The notes under the pieces: generated by a model | Database searches by the model: none | The model's input: the letters and a program-made list of their open reading frames with translations, nothing else | What the model was told of the DNA's origin: nothing | From: Zootoca vivipara | Taxonomy: Eukaryota | Length of the DNA stretch: 64,000 bases | Assembly: GCF_963506605.1 (NCBI RefSeq) | Contig: NC_083288.1 | Coordinates: forward strand, 40,424,001-40,488,000 | Direction: 5' to 3' | Program-made: the position numbers and the translations under genes | In this document: piece by piece, positions 47,809-58,807 of the stretch | How positions within the stretch are numbered: the stretch's first letter is position 1 | How the letters are laid out: each line of letters starts with the position of its first letter

Positions 47809-48836
47809 TTTCCGTTCCACTCACAGAAAAAGTGTGACCTGCTCTGGCACTGTAGCATTCGCAAGATTACAAATGATCCACAGTGAATAGATAAGGAGGA
47901 AACTTTACTTAGCAGCGTTGCTACCAAACTATATGCAAAACTGAAACAAACCAGATCTTCTTAGCTCCCGTTCCCTGCTGGCGTCACTCAGAACTGATCC
48001 ACTCACCCACCCCATTTTTAAAACATTTTAAATACTGCTCACATTGCAAGTATCTTGGAATGGAAGTCACCTTGGAGGTTGGTGACAAGATCACAGTAAC
48101 AAAAATGGCCACCGTGGTCTCGCGATAACTAACAGGAAGATGGTGTCTGGGAAGATGGTATCCTGGATTTTGTCTTCAAGGTGTTGGAGGGTATGCATGA
48201 GGTATGAGCAAAGCCCACCAAAAAGGACCTACCCTGTTTCCCCGAAAATAAGACATACCCATAAAATAAGCCGTAGCAAGATTTCTAAGCAGTTGTGCAA
48301 TATAAGCCATACCCCGAAAATAAGACATAGTGATAGGCGCAGTTCTGGAGGGCACCAAGGAAGAGGCGAGGCTGGACGCATAATAAAATTAAGACATCCC
48401 CTGAAAATAAGCCATGGTGTGTCTTCTTGAGGAAAAATAAATATAAGACAGTGTCTTATTTTCGGGAAAACACGGTCGTCCCTAAAGCTTCTGAGCTTTG
48501 TGTAAACACTGGACTAAAACAGTTCCTTACTCTGGTGAGCTGGAGTACATAAAACATTGACCTGATTTCCTTAACCTCTAGGGAGTGATATCTTGAATTA
48601 TTCACAGCACTGTAGTTTATTGTGGTGGCAAATCACCCATCACTCTTGGTCTTGACATTGGCCATAGGTGGTGAGCAGAGATGTTTCCTGACATTGCTTA
48701 GGAGCTTTGAGGCCTTCTATTCCCTTGAGCTGCTGTTGAGGTTGAAAGGAGCGTTTTGAGCTGCCGGAGGAACAGACAATCCTTCCTTGATCTCAAGGCA
48801 GATGAGAGGCATTCTTAAGAGTGACTGTTTGGAGAA

Positions 48837-48860
48837 ATGGAAACACGCCAGTCATTGACA
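48837..48860 (+). CDS. Predicted upstream coding mini-exon of OR5V1-like copy 5 (METRQSLT)
   Basis: GAA ATG GAA ACA CGC CAG TCA TTG ACA|GTGAGT; phase 0. Confidence 0.72.
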
Positions 48861-49900
48861 GTGAGTATTATTAGATACTAGCTTAATGGGGCTATCCTTG
48901 TGACAAAGATCAAGGCTTAGGGAAAACGGGAAGAGTGATGTTTCTATTGAAGTTCGAAGAAATGAGACTCATAAACTGAAGCAAGTGTACATGGAATGAG
49001 AGTGGTACATTGAATGTTCTAGAAGCAGTGCTCTTTTCTAGGGGTACTCAAGGGTACTGGGTACTGGGGCCTTCCTCCCCCCTCCCAATGTTGAAAGTGT
49101 GGCATTTACAGTAACAACTTCATAGTGAGTACTGGCACATTTCTTCCTTAAAATGAAAGGAGCGCTATCTAGAAGGGATGCTCAGATGAACAGAAAAATG
49201 GTTTAGATGAGAGTGGTATAAAAACATTTGTAAATCCATATGAGGGCAATATTTTATCAAGACAACCACAATGTAATGAGCTTTTCAGAGCTTTTAATCA
49301 GGCTGAATAGAAAACAAAGGGAGGGAAGGGGAGGATGAATAAAGCCGGCTGAGGGTGAAGCCACAAAGTCTTCATCTAGTGAGAGGCACCAGATAGAATG
49401 AGGGAGGACATTCACATGAACTGACAGATGTGGACAGGATTTTCTGAGACAATATTACTGCATGCAGATTGGTCCTCCTGCAGTAAAAAGAAGGCACAAA
49501 TTTGCTCAGCTAGGGATTTTGTCCCCTCTCACTTTTCTTGATCACCCCCTTGCCATTCCCCTTGCTTCCCCTTCCCACCCCATGGAAATCTGCTTACCCT
49601 GATAGGTGGAGTGGCATTGTGGCAGCGTCCATGAGACCCTCAGTTAGTTAACAACCCTCCATCAAGCCCCGTAGCTACAGTACTGTACACGTGTTCCAGC
49701 TTCCACACTGGGTGCTCACCATTGACAATATCACCACTTACCGTACATGTAATGTACAAAGAAGCTCTGACGAGTCTCAGCAATTTAAGGACCCAAAAAT
49801 GACTTTGTCAGATGATCTGATCTAAGAACCATCTAATTAAGCATTGTGTTTCTCACACGGGCCCAACATTGGTCTCTGAGAAATTCAGCTACAGGGTATG

Positions 49901-50373
49901 TGTCCAAGTACATGTCCAGGTACGTCCAGGTACGTGTCCAGAGGAGGGCAACCAAATGGTCAAAGGCCTGGAAACGATGCCTTATGAGGAACGGCTTAGG
50001 GAGCTGGGTATGTTTAGCCTGGAGAAGAGAAGGTTAAGGGGTGATATGATAGCCATGTTCAAATATATGAAAGGATGTCATATAGAGGAGGGAGAAAGGT
50101 TGTTTTCTGGTGCTCCAGAGAAGTGGACACGGAGCAATGGATTCAAACTACAAGAAAGAAGATTCCACCTAAACATTAGGAAGAACTCCCTGACAGTAAG
50201 AGCTGTTTGGCAGTGGAATTTGCTACCAAGGAGTGTGGTGGAATCGTCTCCTTTGGAGGTGTTTAAGCAGAGGCTTGACAGGCATATGTCAAGAATGCTT
50301 TGGTGGTGTTTCCTGCTTGGCAGGGGGTTGGACTGGATGGCCCTTGTGGTCTCTTCCAACTCTATGATTCTAT
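49901..50373 (+). mobile_element. Young 5'-truncated CR1 LINE in an OR intron
   Basis: YEERLRELGMFSLEKRRLRGDMI...WNLLP; tctatgattctat tail; TSD gtatg; absent in the paralogous introns. Confidence 0.92.
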
Positions 50374-50563
50374 GTATGAATGTGATCGCTAGGAACTAAT
50401 ATTTGTTTCTCAGAATTCTAAAGCAGGGACCTTCTATTCCTGCTTAGCATGACTAAAGGCTATATGCCTAACACCTTGAAAAGCAAAGAATGCCTTAACT
50501 TGTGTATGCCTGTAGCCTCCAACATGCTTACTATCTCACACTTTTGCTTTCAAATGCTTGCAG

Positions 50564-51514
50564 GAAAGTTCCTCTCACAGAGGAGAAATGGAGAACATCA
50601 CCGTGGTGACAGAATTTATCCTAATGGGCCTTTCTGATCTCCCAGCTGTCCGCTTCTCCCTCTTTGCTGCCTTTTTGCTCATCTACCTGGTCACCCTGGT
50701 GGGGAATGGCACCATTCTCCTTGCCATAGGAGCTGACTCTCACCTGCACAACCCCATGTATTTCTTCCTGACTAACCTTTCCCTGCTGGACATCTTCTGC
50801 CCCACAGCTACGGTGCCCAAGATGCTGGAGAACCTCTTGTCGGAGAGACATACCATTTCCTTTGTTGGCTGTGTGCTGCAGCTCTACTTCCTGGTAGCCT
50901 TGGCAGGGACAGAGGTCTTCCTCTTAGCTGCCATGGCTTATGACCGCTATGTGGCCATATGCAACCCTCTGCGATACACGGTCATCATGAGCAAGAAGCT
51001 GTGTCTTCAGATGGCTGCTGGTACATGGGTCACAGGGTTCCTCCACTCCTTGCTGCACACAGTCATGACCTTTACTCTACCTTATTGTAAATCTAATAGA
51101 GTCAATCAATATTATTGTGACATCCCTCCAGTCTTGGCCTTATCATGTGCTTCCACCTATGCAGCTGAGATGGCTGTCTTCATTGTTGGTGGGATTTTGG
51201 GTGTGGGGGCTTTTCTGGTGACGCTGGTCTCCTACATCCACATCATCTCCACCATCCTTCGGATCCGTTCTTCTGAAGGGAAACGCAAGGCCTTCTCCAC
51301 TTGCGCCTCCCATCTTACGGTGGTGTGCCTCTTCTATGGGACAATCCTCTTCACTTACTTAAGGCCTTCCTCCAGCCACCATTCAGATCAGGACAGGCTG
51401 GTGAGCATGTTGTATGGGGTGATAACCCCCATGTTGAACCCCTTGATCTACAGTCTCAGGAACAAGGAGGTTAAAGGGGCTTTGATGAGGGTCATCGTTC
51501 CTAAACACCACTAA
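50564..51514 (+). CDS. OR5V1-like olfactory receptor copy 5, main exon (internal ATG 50588)
   Basis: Acceptor cttgCAG; intact OR motifs. Confidence 0.93.
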   Translation, partial: ESSSHRGEMENITVVTEFILMGLSDLPAVRFSLFAAFLLIYLVTLVGNGTILLAIGADSHLHNPMYFFLTNLSLLDIFCPTATVPKMLENLLSERHTISFVGCVLQLYFLVALAGTEVFLLAAMAYDRYVAICNPLRYTVIMSKKLCLQMAAGTWVTGFLHSLLHTVMTFTLPYCKSNRVNQYYCDIPPVLALSCASTYAAEMAVFIVGGILGVGAFLVTLVSYIHIISTILRIRSSEGKRKAFSTCASHLTVVCLFYGTILFTYLRPSSSHHSDQDRLVSMLYGVITPMLNPLIYSLRNKEVKGALMRVIVPKHH

Positions 51515-52516
51515 AGCTGGAAGGGTGGTGGGGGTGGGGAGATGTGGCTAAGATACAATGATCCTATCCTACACCATTCTCTACTAAAGTTACCTAAACT
51601 CTGAAAAAGAATAGAATTTGACAATCTATTTTAAATTACGATCAATCAGCACTGACCATGAGCCCCTTTGATGCTGTCACCTGACATTACAGTATAATGA
51701 CCCATACACCATTGGGTAGTTCTCCATCCAGTCCTTGGGCTGAAAACAGTTCCCCATACTTGAATTATGTGAATCAATTGCACTGCAAGTTTCCCCTTTA
51801 CCATGCAAGCATTGTCCCTCCCCCCCCCCCAGCAACACTGAATGGAGTCTTATGTCCTGAGCACTCCAAATGGTGTCTAAGATACATGTCACAGTCCAGA
51901 GGTCAGGTACTTGGCGACTTTTGTTAGGACCTATTCTATGGCTCTGGAACGCTTTCCCCAGGGAAGCCAACCTTGATGCCTTTTGACTCCCTTTTTTATT
52001 CTGCCAGCCATTTTAGATCCCTTTTTAATTTTTATTTGGTGGTCATTCTCTCCCTGCTCCGTTCCGCTTGTATATGATTAATTATTTTATATTGCTTATT
52101 TTTTATTTTGGCTACCCTTGGAGGCTGCTACATGAGGAGCAGGGTATGAATCCCTAGAATCACGTACAAGTAATTAGAGAACTTTTATTTCATGTCAGGC
52201 TAGAATAAATCGCACACTAAGCTTTGCAAACAAGTGTAGATTTTACTAACGTTACGTCAAACAAGTCTCCATCTGTTATTCGTAGAATGAAGAAGAAAAT
52301 GTACCAAATGATTAATAAAGAAAGAACTTGGCTTCCTTACAAAAGAATCATGCAATCTTTGCATTTGCAAAGATTCAGGCTGTAAAAATCTCCTTTTAGA
52401 GAGGCATTTCATTCACGTGCAGCATTTGCTGTGCTGGGAGCCAAAACCACATGGTTCCTTTTTCGAGGCAACAGTAGAAACTGACAAAGGGGTGGGTGGG
52501 TGGGGAGGATGCAAAT

Positions 52517-52743
52517 ACACTGGTACCTCAGGTTAAGAACTTAATTAGTTCTGGAGGTCTGTTCTTCACTTGAAACTGTTCTTAACCTGAGGTACCACTT
52601 TAGCTAATAGGGCTTCCCGCTGCCGCCGCACTGCCGCCACATGATTTCTGTTTTCATCCTGAAGCAAAGTTCTTAACCTGAGGTACTATTTCTGGTTCAG
52701 CGGAGTCTGTAACCTGAAGCGTCTGTAACCCGAGGTACCACTG
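52517..52743. mobile_element. Tigger-type MITE (duplicate about 59683-59924)
   Basis: TA-flanked cactggtacctcaggtta / taacccgaggtaccactg. Confidence 0.8.
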
Positions 52744-53104
52744 TACTGCTGGGAGCCTGTTAAACTCCACCCACTGGCGACCTGAGCTCAGGGCTTAGGT
52801 TAACCCTTTCATGCATACAAGCATGAGTCGGTTACTATATATTACAACAAAGAGATCTATATTTCAGTGTTGGAAAGTTAAATCCTCATTGTCTATTTTA
52901 CTCAGTGGTCTGAATATTTTACTGCCCTTTCCACATTTGAACATGTATCTCATTACCAACAATCCCATTTGGATATCTATTTGGACAAATGGATGACTCC
53001 TGTTCACACGTCTGTCAAAACACTCCTTTATTCATACAAGAACTGGATTACACAGGGGAGCCTAGTCACTGTGAAGCTTGCTGCAAATGGTAACCAGTTA
53101 TGTA

Positions 53105-53357
53105 CAGTCACACCTTGGGTTACAGTCGCTTCAGGTTGCGTCTTTTCGGGTTGCGCTCTGCGGTGAACCCAGAAGTACCGGAATGGGTTACTTCCGGGTT
53201 TCGGCATGCGTGCATGCGCAGAAGCACTAAATAGCACTTTGCGCATGCGCAGAAGCGCTGAATTGCAACCCACATGTGCGCAGATGTGGGTTGCGAACGC
53301 TGCGGGTTGCGAACGTGCCTCCCGCACGGATCACGTTCGCAACCCAAGTGTCCACTG
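53105..53357. mobile_element. Tigger-type MITE (duplicate about 60285-60538)
   Basis: TA-flanked cagtcacaccttgggtt / aacccaagtgtccactg. Confidence 0.8.
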
Positions 53358-53715
53358 TATTTAACTTTTCATCTTCTAGGAGCCAAGCCACTGCAACGGA
53401 AAGAAATACCTTAATACTGGATTAGGAGCTGTTGGGATCTGTGGATACTGCCTCATGTGGTGAGCCACTGAGCTGCAGGTAACAGCTTCTCAGTGATGCA
53501 CCCTGAGGTCCTAGACTCACTCCTTATTTCCAGGCCACTGGATCCCGCATGGCAGGAAGACTGGCTTCTTATTTCAACAGAAATAACAAAAATAACTGGC
53601 TTCTTATTTCAACAGAACTTTGCTCAAGCAACATGGTCTTCTGGAATATTCTAGTAGCCTTAGTTGTGCTATTATACTATCCCCATGACTTTCCTCCAGG
53701 CCACAGTTTTGGTTG

Positions 53716-54045
53716 GCTCTCGGTCCAGTATACCTGAAGGAGTATACTGGACCCCCATCGTTCTGCCCTGACACTGAGGTCCAGTGCCAAGGGCCTTCTG
53801 GCAGTTTCCTCGCTGCGAGAAGCCAAGTTACAGGGAACCAGGCAGAGGGCCATTTTGGTAGTGGTGCCTGCCCTGTGGAACACCCTCCCACCAGATGTCA
53901 AAGAGAAAAACAACTACCAGACTTTTAGAATACATCTGAAGGCAGCCCTGTTTAGGGAAGCTTTTAATGTTTAACAGTCTATTGTATTTTAATATTTTGT
54001 TGGAAGCCACCCAGAGTGGCTGGGGAAACCCAGCCAGATGGGCGG

Positions 54046-54097
<52 letters not shown>
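53716..54097 (+). mobile_element. L2 3' fragment with (AAT)n tail
   Basis: Similar to the other L2 3' ends. Confidence 0.85.
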
Positions 54098-55151
54098 TGC
54101 TCTGCATCCGCTTTGAATGCTTTTTCCAGACTCAAGTTTGTTCTTGAACAGTGATAATCTCTGTTGTTTGCCTGCATGGACGTGTCTGTATTTGAAACCT
54201 TTGATGATTGAATTGCTGGAAAGTTCAAAGTCCCATCAGATGCTCTGCTTATTTTTCGCCTCTCGCCACTGCAGTCATGGGAAGGTTTCCCACAAGGGGG
54301 AATAGTCCTTGTGCAAAAAGAAGTTATTGTCTCCTTGTGTTCTAGAAATGCCCTTAAAGTGTGCTTTCATTTCCCCTGTGGAATGCAAGGGGAATAATGA
54401 GTCGGAAGGAAGAATTGCTTGAGGGGAAGAAATACAAGCAATTTCCCTTTCTTGAGACCATTAAGGAGATTGAAGCCTAAAGAAGATTGGGGACGCTTGG
54501 AGAAGTCCTTTTGCAGTAAGCGAGAGCCGCACTTCTAAGACCAGGAGGATGAAAATTGCACCCTGGAGGATATAGTAGCAGACAAAAAGATCGGGCTGGT
54601 GAAGGATCTGGAAATTAGGGACAGAACTGGGAAAGAAAGGAAGTTGTTGAAGGAAGATATAGCTAATGGCTCCATAAGGAGATAATGTCACAGGAACCCA
54701 TGGCAAAAGCAGGCAGGAATGGATATTTACAGATTGTGAGTGAATCATTTGGAGGGCTTTGAAAAATGCACAGCCTTGTTTTGTCACCGCCTGTGCCTCT
54801 CATCCCATTTGCATCTGTCTAAGGCATTTGTGCTTTTTTTGACTTCTGGTGAAATTTATCTTCAATCTTCTCCACAAAGTACATCTGAGCAGGAAAGGAC
54901 AACTAAGAACCTCTATCCCCCCCCCACATGCTTTTCATTTCCTTGTGTAATGGTTAAGATCTTGAGATATGAGCTGAAGTCAAGCACATCAGGCAAAGAC
55001 ATGGGAAAAGAACTCTGATGTGGGTGAGTTTCTCCCCCTACATTCCAAGATCCAATCATCGACCATATTATGATGCAGAAAGTCTTACCATCCTCCTTTC
55101 AGAAATGACAGTTGTTGAATAAGCAATATGCTCTCTCTCTCTATATGAGTC

Positions 55152-55500
55152 GGACACATGTGGCGCTGTGGGTTAAACCACAGAGTCTAGGGCTTGCTGA
55201 TAAGAAGGTCGGCGGTTCGAATCCCCGCGATGGGGTGAGCTCCCATTGCTCGGTCCCAGCTCCTGCCAACCTAGTAGTTCGAAAGCACATAAAAGTGCAA
55301 GTAGACAAATAGGTACCGCTACAGCGGGAAGGTAAACGGCGTTTCCATGTGCTGCTCTGGTTTGCCAGAAGTGGCTTTGTCATGCTGGCCACATGACCTG
55401 GAAGCTGTACGCCGGCTCCCTCGGCCAATAACGCGAGATGAGCGCCGTAACCCCAGAGTCGGTCACAACTGAACCTAATGGTCAGGGGTCCCTTTACCTT
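55152..55500 (+). mobile_element. Sauria SINE, full length
   Basis: Same head, B-box and tail as the other copies. Confidence 0.9.
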
Positions 55501-55521
55501 ATATATATGTGAAAATATATA

Positions 55522-55715
55522 TCCCACCTGTCCTCCAAGGAGCTCAAGGTGGTGTGCATGGCTCTTCCTCGCTCCATATTATCCTGACAACAATTCTGTG
55601 CAGTAGGTTAGACCGAGAGTTGGTGACTGGCCTAAGGTCACCAGTGAGTTTAATAGCTGAATGGGGAATTGAACCCTGGGCTCTCAGGTCCTAGCCCAAC
55701 ACTACACCACTGGCT
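55522..55715 (-). mobile_element. Old MIR/Squam3-like tRNA-derived SINE
   Basis: On the - strand: A-box-like agtggtgtagtg, B-box ggttcaattcccc, gtgaccttaggccagtcac core. Confidence 0.55.
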
Positions 55716-56752
55716 CCATATGTGTGACTCAGAATGCTGTGAGAACGGTGTTTGTTTGGCTTGAGAAGGGAATGCAGAAATAGTTGGAATCCAGGACTGG
55801 GAAGGACTCAGCTGTAGACTTTCCCTGAAAGGAAGGACATATATGATGAATGAAGAGTCAAGGGTGAAAGAGGATCCTGATGAAATGGAACAAACTAGCA
55901 TAGAGCAGACCGCATTATGTGATCTGACATTTGGGTGGTCCTGACTTCCAAGTTAAGGGTTCTTTTGCTTCCAATCTTGTGATCAGGGCTGGACATTCTT
56001 CCACAGCAAGTAAGGTTGAATTCTGCAGCCTCTGTTAATCAAGTACATTTGTGGCTGCTTGATAATTTTTGGGTAGGTTATTTAACTACTGCTAGAGTGT
56101 CTCAGTTAGGTACGGAGCAAACCAGGTGGGTTGGCCAAAGGAATGATTCTGAACATAAGCTCATTTTGTTTGTCTTCTAGGACACCGACCTTGAATAATT
56201 CTACATTATGTCAACCCACTTACTCATTCTTTTGATATGCAGTCAGAGCCTATGCAACGCAAGTGTTGAACCATGACACAGTCCTATGTATAGCTGAAGA
56301 GGCTTGCAAGAGACAGCTTCATTCATTCTCTCTTCTCCAGCCCCACACTCATTCTTTTAAAGGTGTCATGTATTTGATAGGCAAGGACCACCGTTTTGTG
56401 TGCCTAATCCTTGCAGAATCCATGCATTGCATACAGAAGGCTACGGGTTCAATAACTGGTATCGCCAGTTACAAATGACTGCTTGTAAGATAGTTGGAAA
56501 GGCATGTACCTGAGACCTTAGAGTTCCACTGTCAGTCAATAATACCGGGCTAGATGGACTGATGGTCTAAGGCTGGCGAGTCTGCCACCTTTTAGGTGCT
56601 GTTGGACTCCAACTCCCATCATCCCCAAACAACTTGGCCAATTGTCAGGGCTGATAAAAGTTGTAGTTCAGGAGTATTTGGAGAGTTACAGGTTCTTTGC
56701 CCCTGGTCTAGGTCATATGTTCACATGATCTTCCTAGGTTCAAGCTACTACC

Positions 56753-57712
56753 ATGAACCCAACAGACTTCGGAAACCATACAACCCTTACTGAATTTATC
56801 TTGCTGGGATTTGGGAATCTGGGCCATCTGGATCTCCTCTTCTTCTTTGTCTTCCTAGTGATCTACATTGCAACCATGCTTGGCAACATCCTCCTCATTG
56901 TGCTGGTGGTATCAGACCACAACCTTCACACACCCATGTACTTCTTCTTGGGAAATCTGTCTTGCTTAGAGATCTGCTACAGTTCCAACATTATGCCCAA
57001 GATGCTTGCTGGCCTCATCCTCTACCAGGGCAAAGTCATTTCTGTGGCAGGCTGCATGATGCAGTTTTATTTTTTTGGTTTCCTGGCAGTTGCAGAGTGT
57101 TATCTCTTGGCTGCCATGTCTTACGATAGGTATGTGGCAATATGCAAGCCGTTGCTCTATGTGATTGTTATGGATGGCAAAACTTGCGTTCAGCTAGTGG
57201 CAGGGGCTTGGGTAATCAGTTTGCTGGTTATTAACCTAATAATATGTTTAACCCAGCAATTAACCTTCTGCGGTCCCAACACAATAGACCATTTCTTTTG
57301 CGACTACAGCCCATTGTTAAAACTGTCTTGCAGTGACACCCACATGATGGAGCTGGTAACTACTCTTCTGTCGGGAGTGTGTTCCCTGCCACCCTTTGTT
57401 TTAACTCTGGCTTCCTACAGTTCTATCATACGAGCCATTCTGAGAATCCCGTCCACTGTTGGAAAGCAAAAGGCCTTCTCTACCTGCTCCTCTCACCTCA
57501 TGGTAGTGTCCATCTTCTATGGCACGATCATTATTGTCTACCTGTTACCAAGAACGGACGCAATGCGAGATTGGAACAAGGTCTTTTCTCTCTTCTACAT
57601 AGTCCTGACTCCATTGCTCAATCCCCTCATATATAGCCTGAGAAACAGGGAGGTGCAGAACGCTTTGAGTAAAGTGCTTCTTAAATTATCCACTTACAGA
57701 ACTGTAGCTTAA
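56753..57712 (+). CDS. Olfactory receptor, OR11A1/OR6-like, 319 aa
   Basis: GNHT sequon, [55 protein letters not shown]. Confidence 0.93.
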   Translation: MNPTDFGNHTTLTEFILLGFGNLGHLDLLFFFVFLVIYIATMLGNILLIVLVVSDHNLHTPMYFFLGNLSCLEICYSSNIMPKMLAGLILYQGKVISVAGCMMQFYFFGFLAVAECYLLAAMSYDRYVAICKPLLYVIVMDGKTCVQLVAGAWVISLLVINLIICLTQQLTFCGPNTIDHFFCDYSPLLKLSCSDTHMMELVTTLLSGVCSLPPFVLTLASYSSIIRAILRIPSTVGKQKAFSTCSSHLMVVSIFYGTIIIVYLLPRTDAMRDWNKVFSLFYIVLTPLLNPLIYSLRNREVQNALSKVLLKLSTYRTVA

Positions 57713-58212
57713 GACGTCTGGCTACTTAGGACTGTGGCCACCTAAGTCCTACTCAGAGCAGACCCATTGAAATGAAGGAACCAAAGTCTGTCATGTCCAC
57801 TGGCCACAATGGCTCTGCTTTGAGTCGGACCAGCACTAGATACAACCCTTATATTTGTCTTGAAGAGAGGAGTGTGGAATCTCAGGCATCTCTATATACA
57901 GGACATCCATCCCTCCCCAGGCCACTTGGCTCAGGTTCCCATGTTTGTACCCTCTCAAGCACTTTTGCCTGGCCAGAATGTGACCTTGAAGTGTAATGAT
58001 AATGCTGGCTGGAATGTTGTGTGTATGTGTGGAGAAGAAACCTTTATGTCTTGTGTGACTAGAATGCCACTTACTGTGCAAAGATAAGATTCATATCCAT
58101 TACGCAGATCACTTTCATCTCTTGACCTGCCTATCACTTGCACCTGCCCCCTGGAAGATTGCCCACAATGAAATGTGGCCCTTTGGCTGAAAAAAGTTTT
58201 CTCTGACCTCTC

Positions 58213-58807
58213 CTTCCTCTTAGCTGCCATGGCTTATGACCGCTATGTGGCCATATGCAACCCTCTGCGATACACGATCATGAGCAAGAAGCTTTGTCTT
58301 CAGATGGTTGGTGGTACATGGGTCACAGGGTTCCTCAACTCCTTGCTGCACACAGTCATGACCTTTACTCTACCTTATTGTAAATCTAATAGAGTCAATC
58401 AATATTATTGTGACATCCCTCCAGTCTTGGCCTTATCATGTGCTTCCACCTATGCGGCTGAGATGGTTGTCTTCATTGTTGGTGTGATTTTTGGTGTGAG
58501 GGCTTTTCTGGTGACGCTAGTCTCCTACATCCACATCATCTCCACCATCCTTCAGATCCGTTCTTCCGAGGGGAAGCGCAAGGCCTTCTCCACTTGCGCC
58601 TCCCATCTTACGGTGGTGTGCCTCTTCTATGGGACAACCCTCTTCACTTACTTAAGGCCTTCCTCCAGCCACCATTCAGATCAGGACAGGCTGGTGAGCA
58701 TGTTGTATGGGGTGATAACCCCCATGTTGAACCCCTTGATCTACAGTCTCAGGAACAAGGAGGTTAAAGGGGCTTTGATGAGGGTCATCATTCCTAAACG
58801 CCACTAA
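58213..58807 (+). pseudogene. 5'-truncated OR5V1-like copy (TM3-TM7 only)
   Basis: Homology to copy 5 begins abruptly at [11 protein letters not shown]; one codon is deleted (RYT-IMSKK); no TM1-2 upstream. Confidence 0.9.

Noticed and set aside
56738-56752. Upstream coding exon for the OR11A1-like gene (acceptor 15 nt in frame before ATG)
   Set aside because: No convincing ATG-plus-donor exon was found and there is no paralog to test conservation.
58175-58212. Full or spliced OR starting at 58175
   Set aside because: GTG start in unrelated sequence; TM1-2 are absent; homology begins at a duplication breakpoint.
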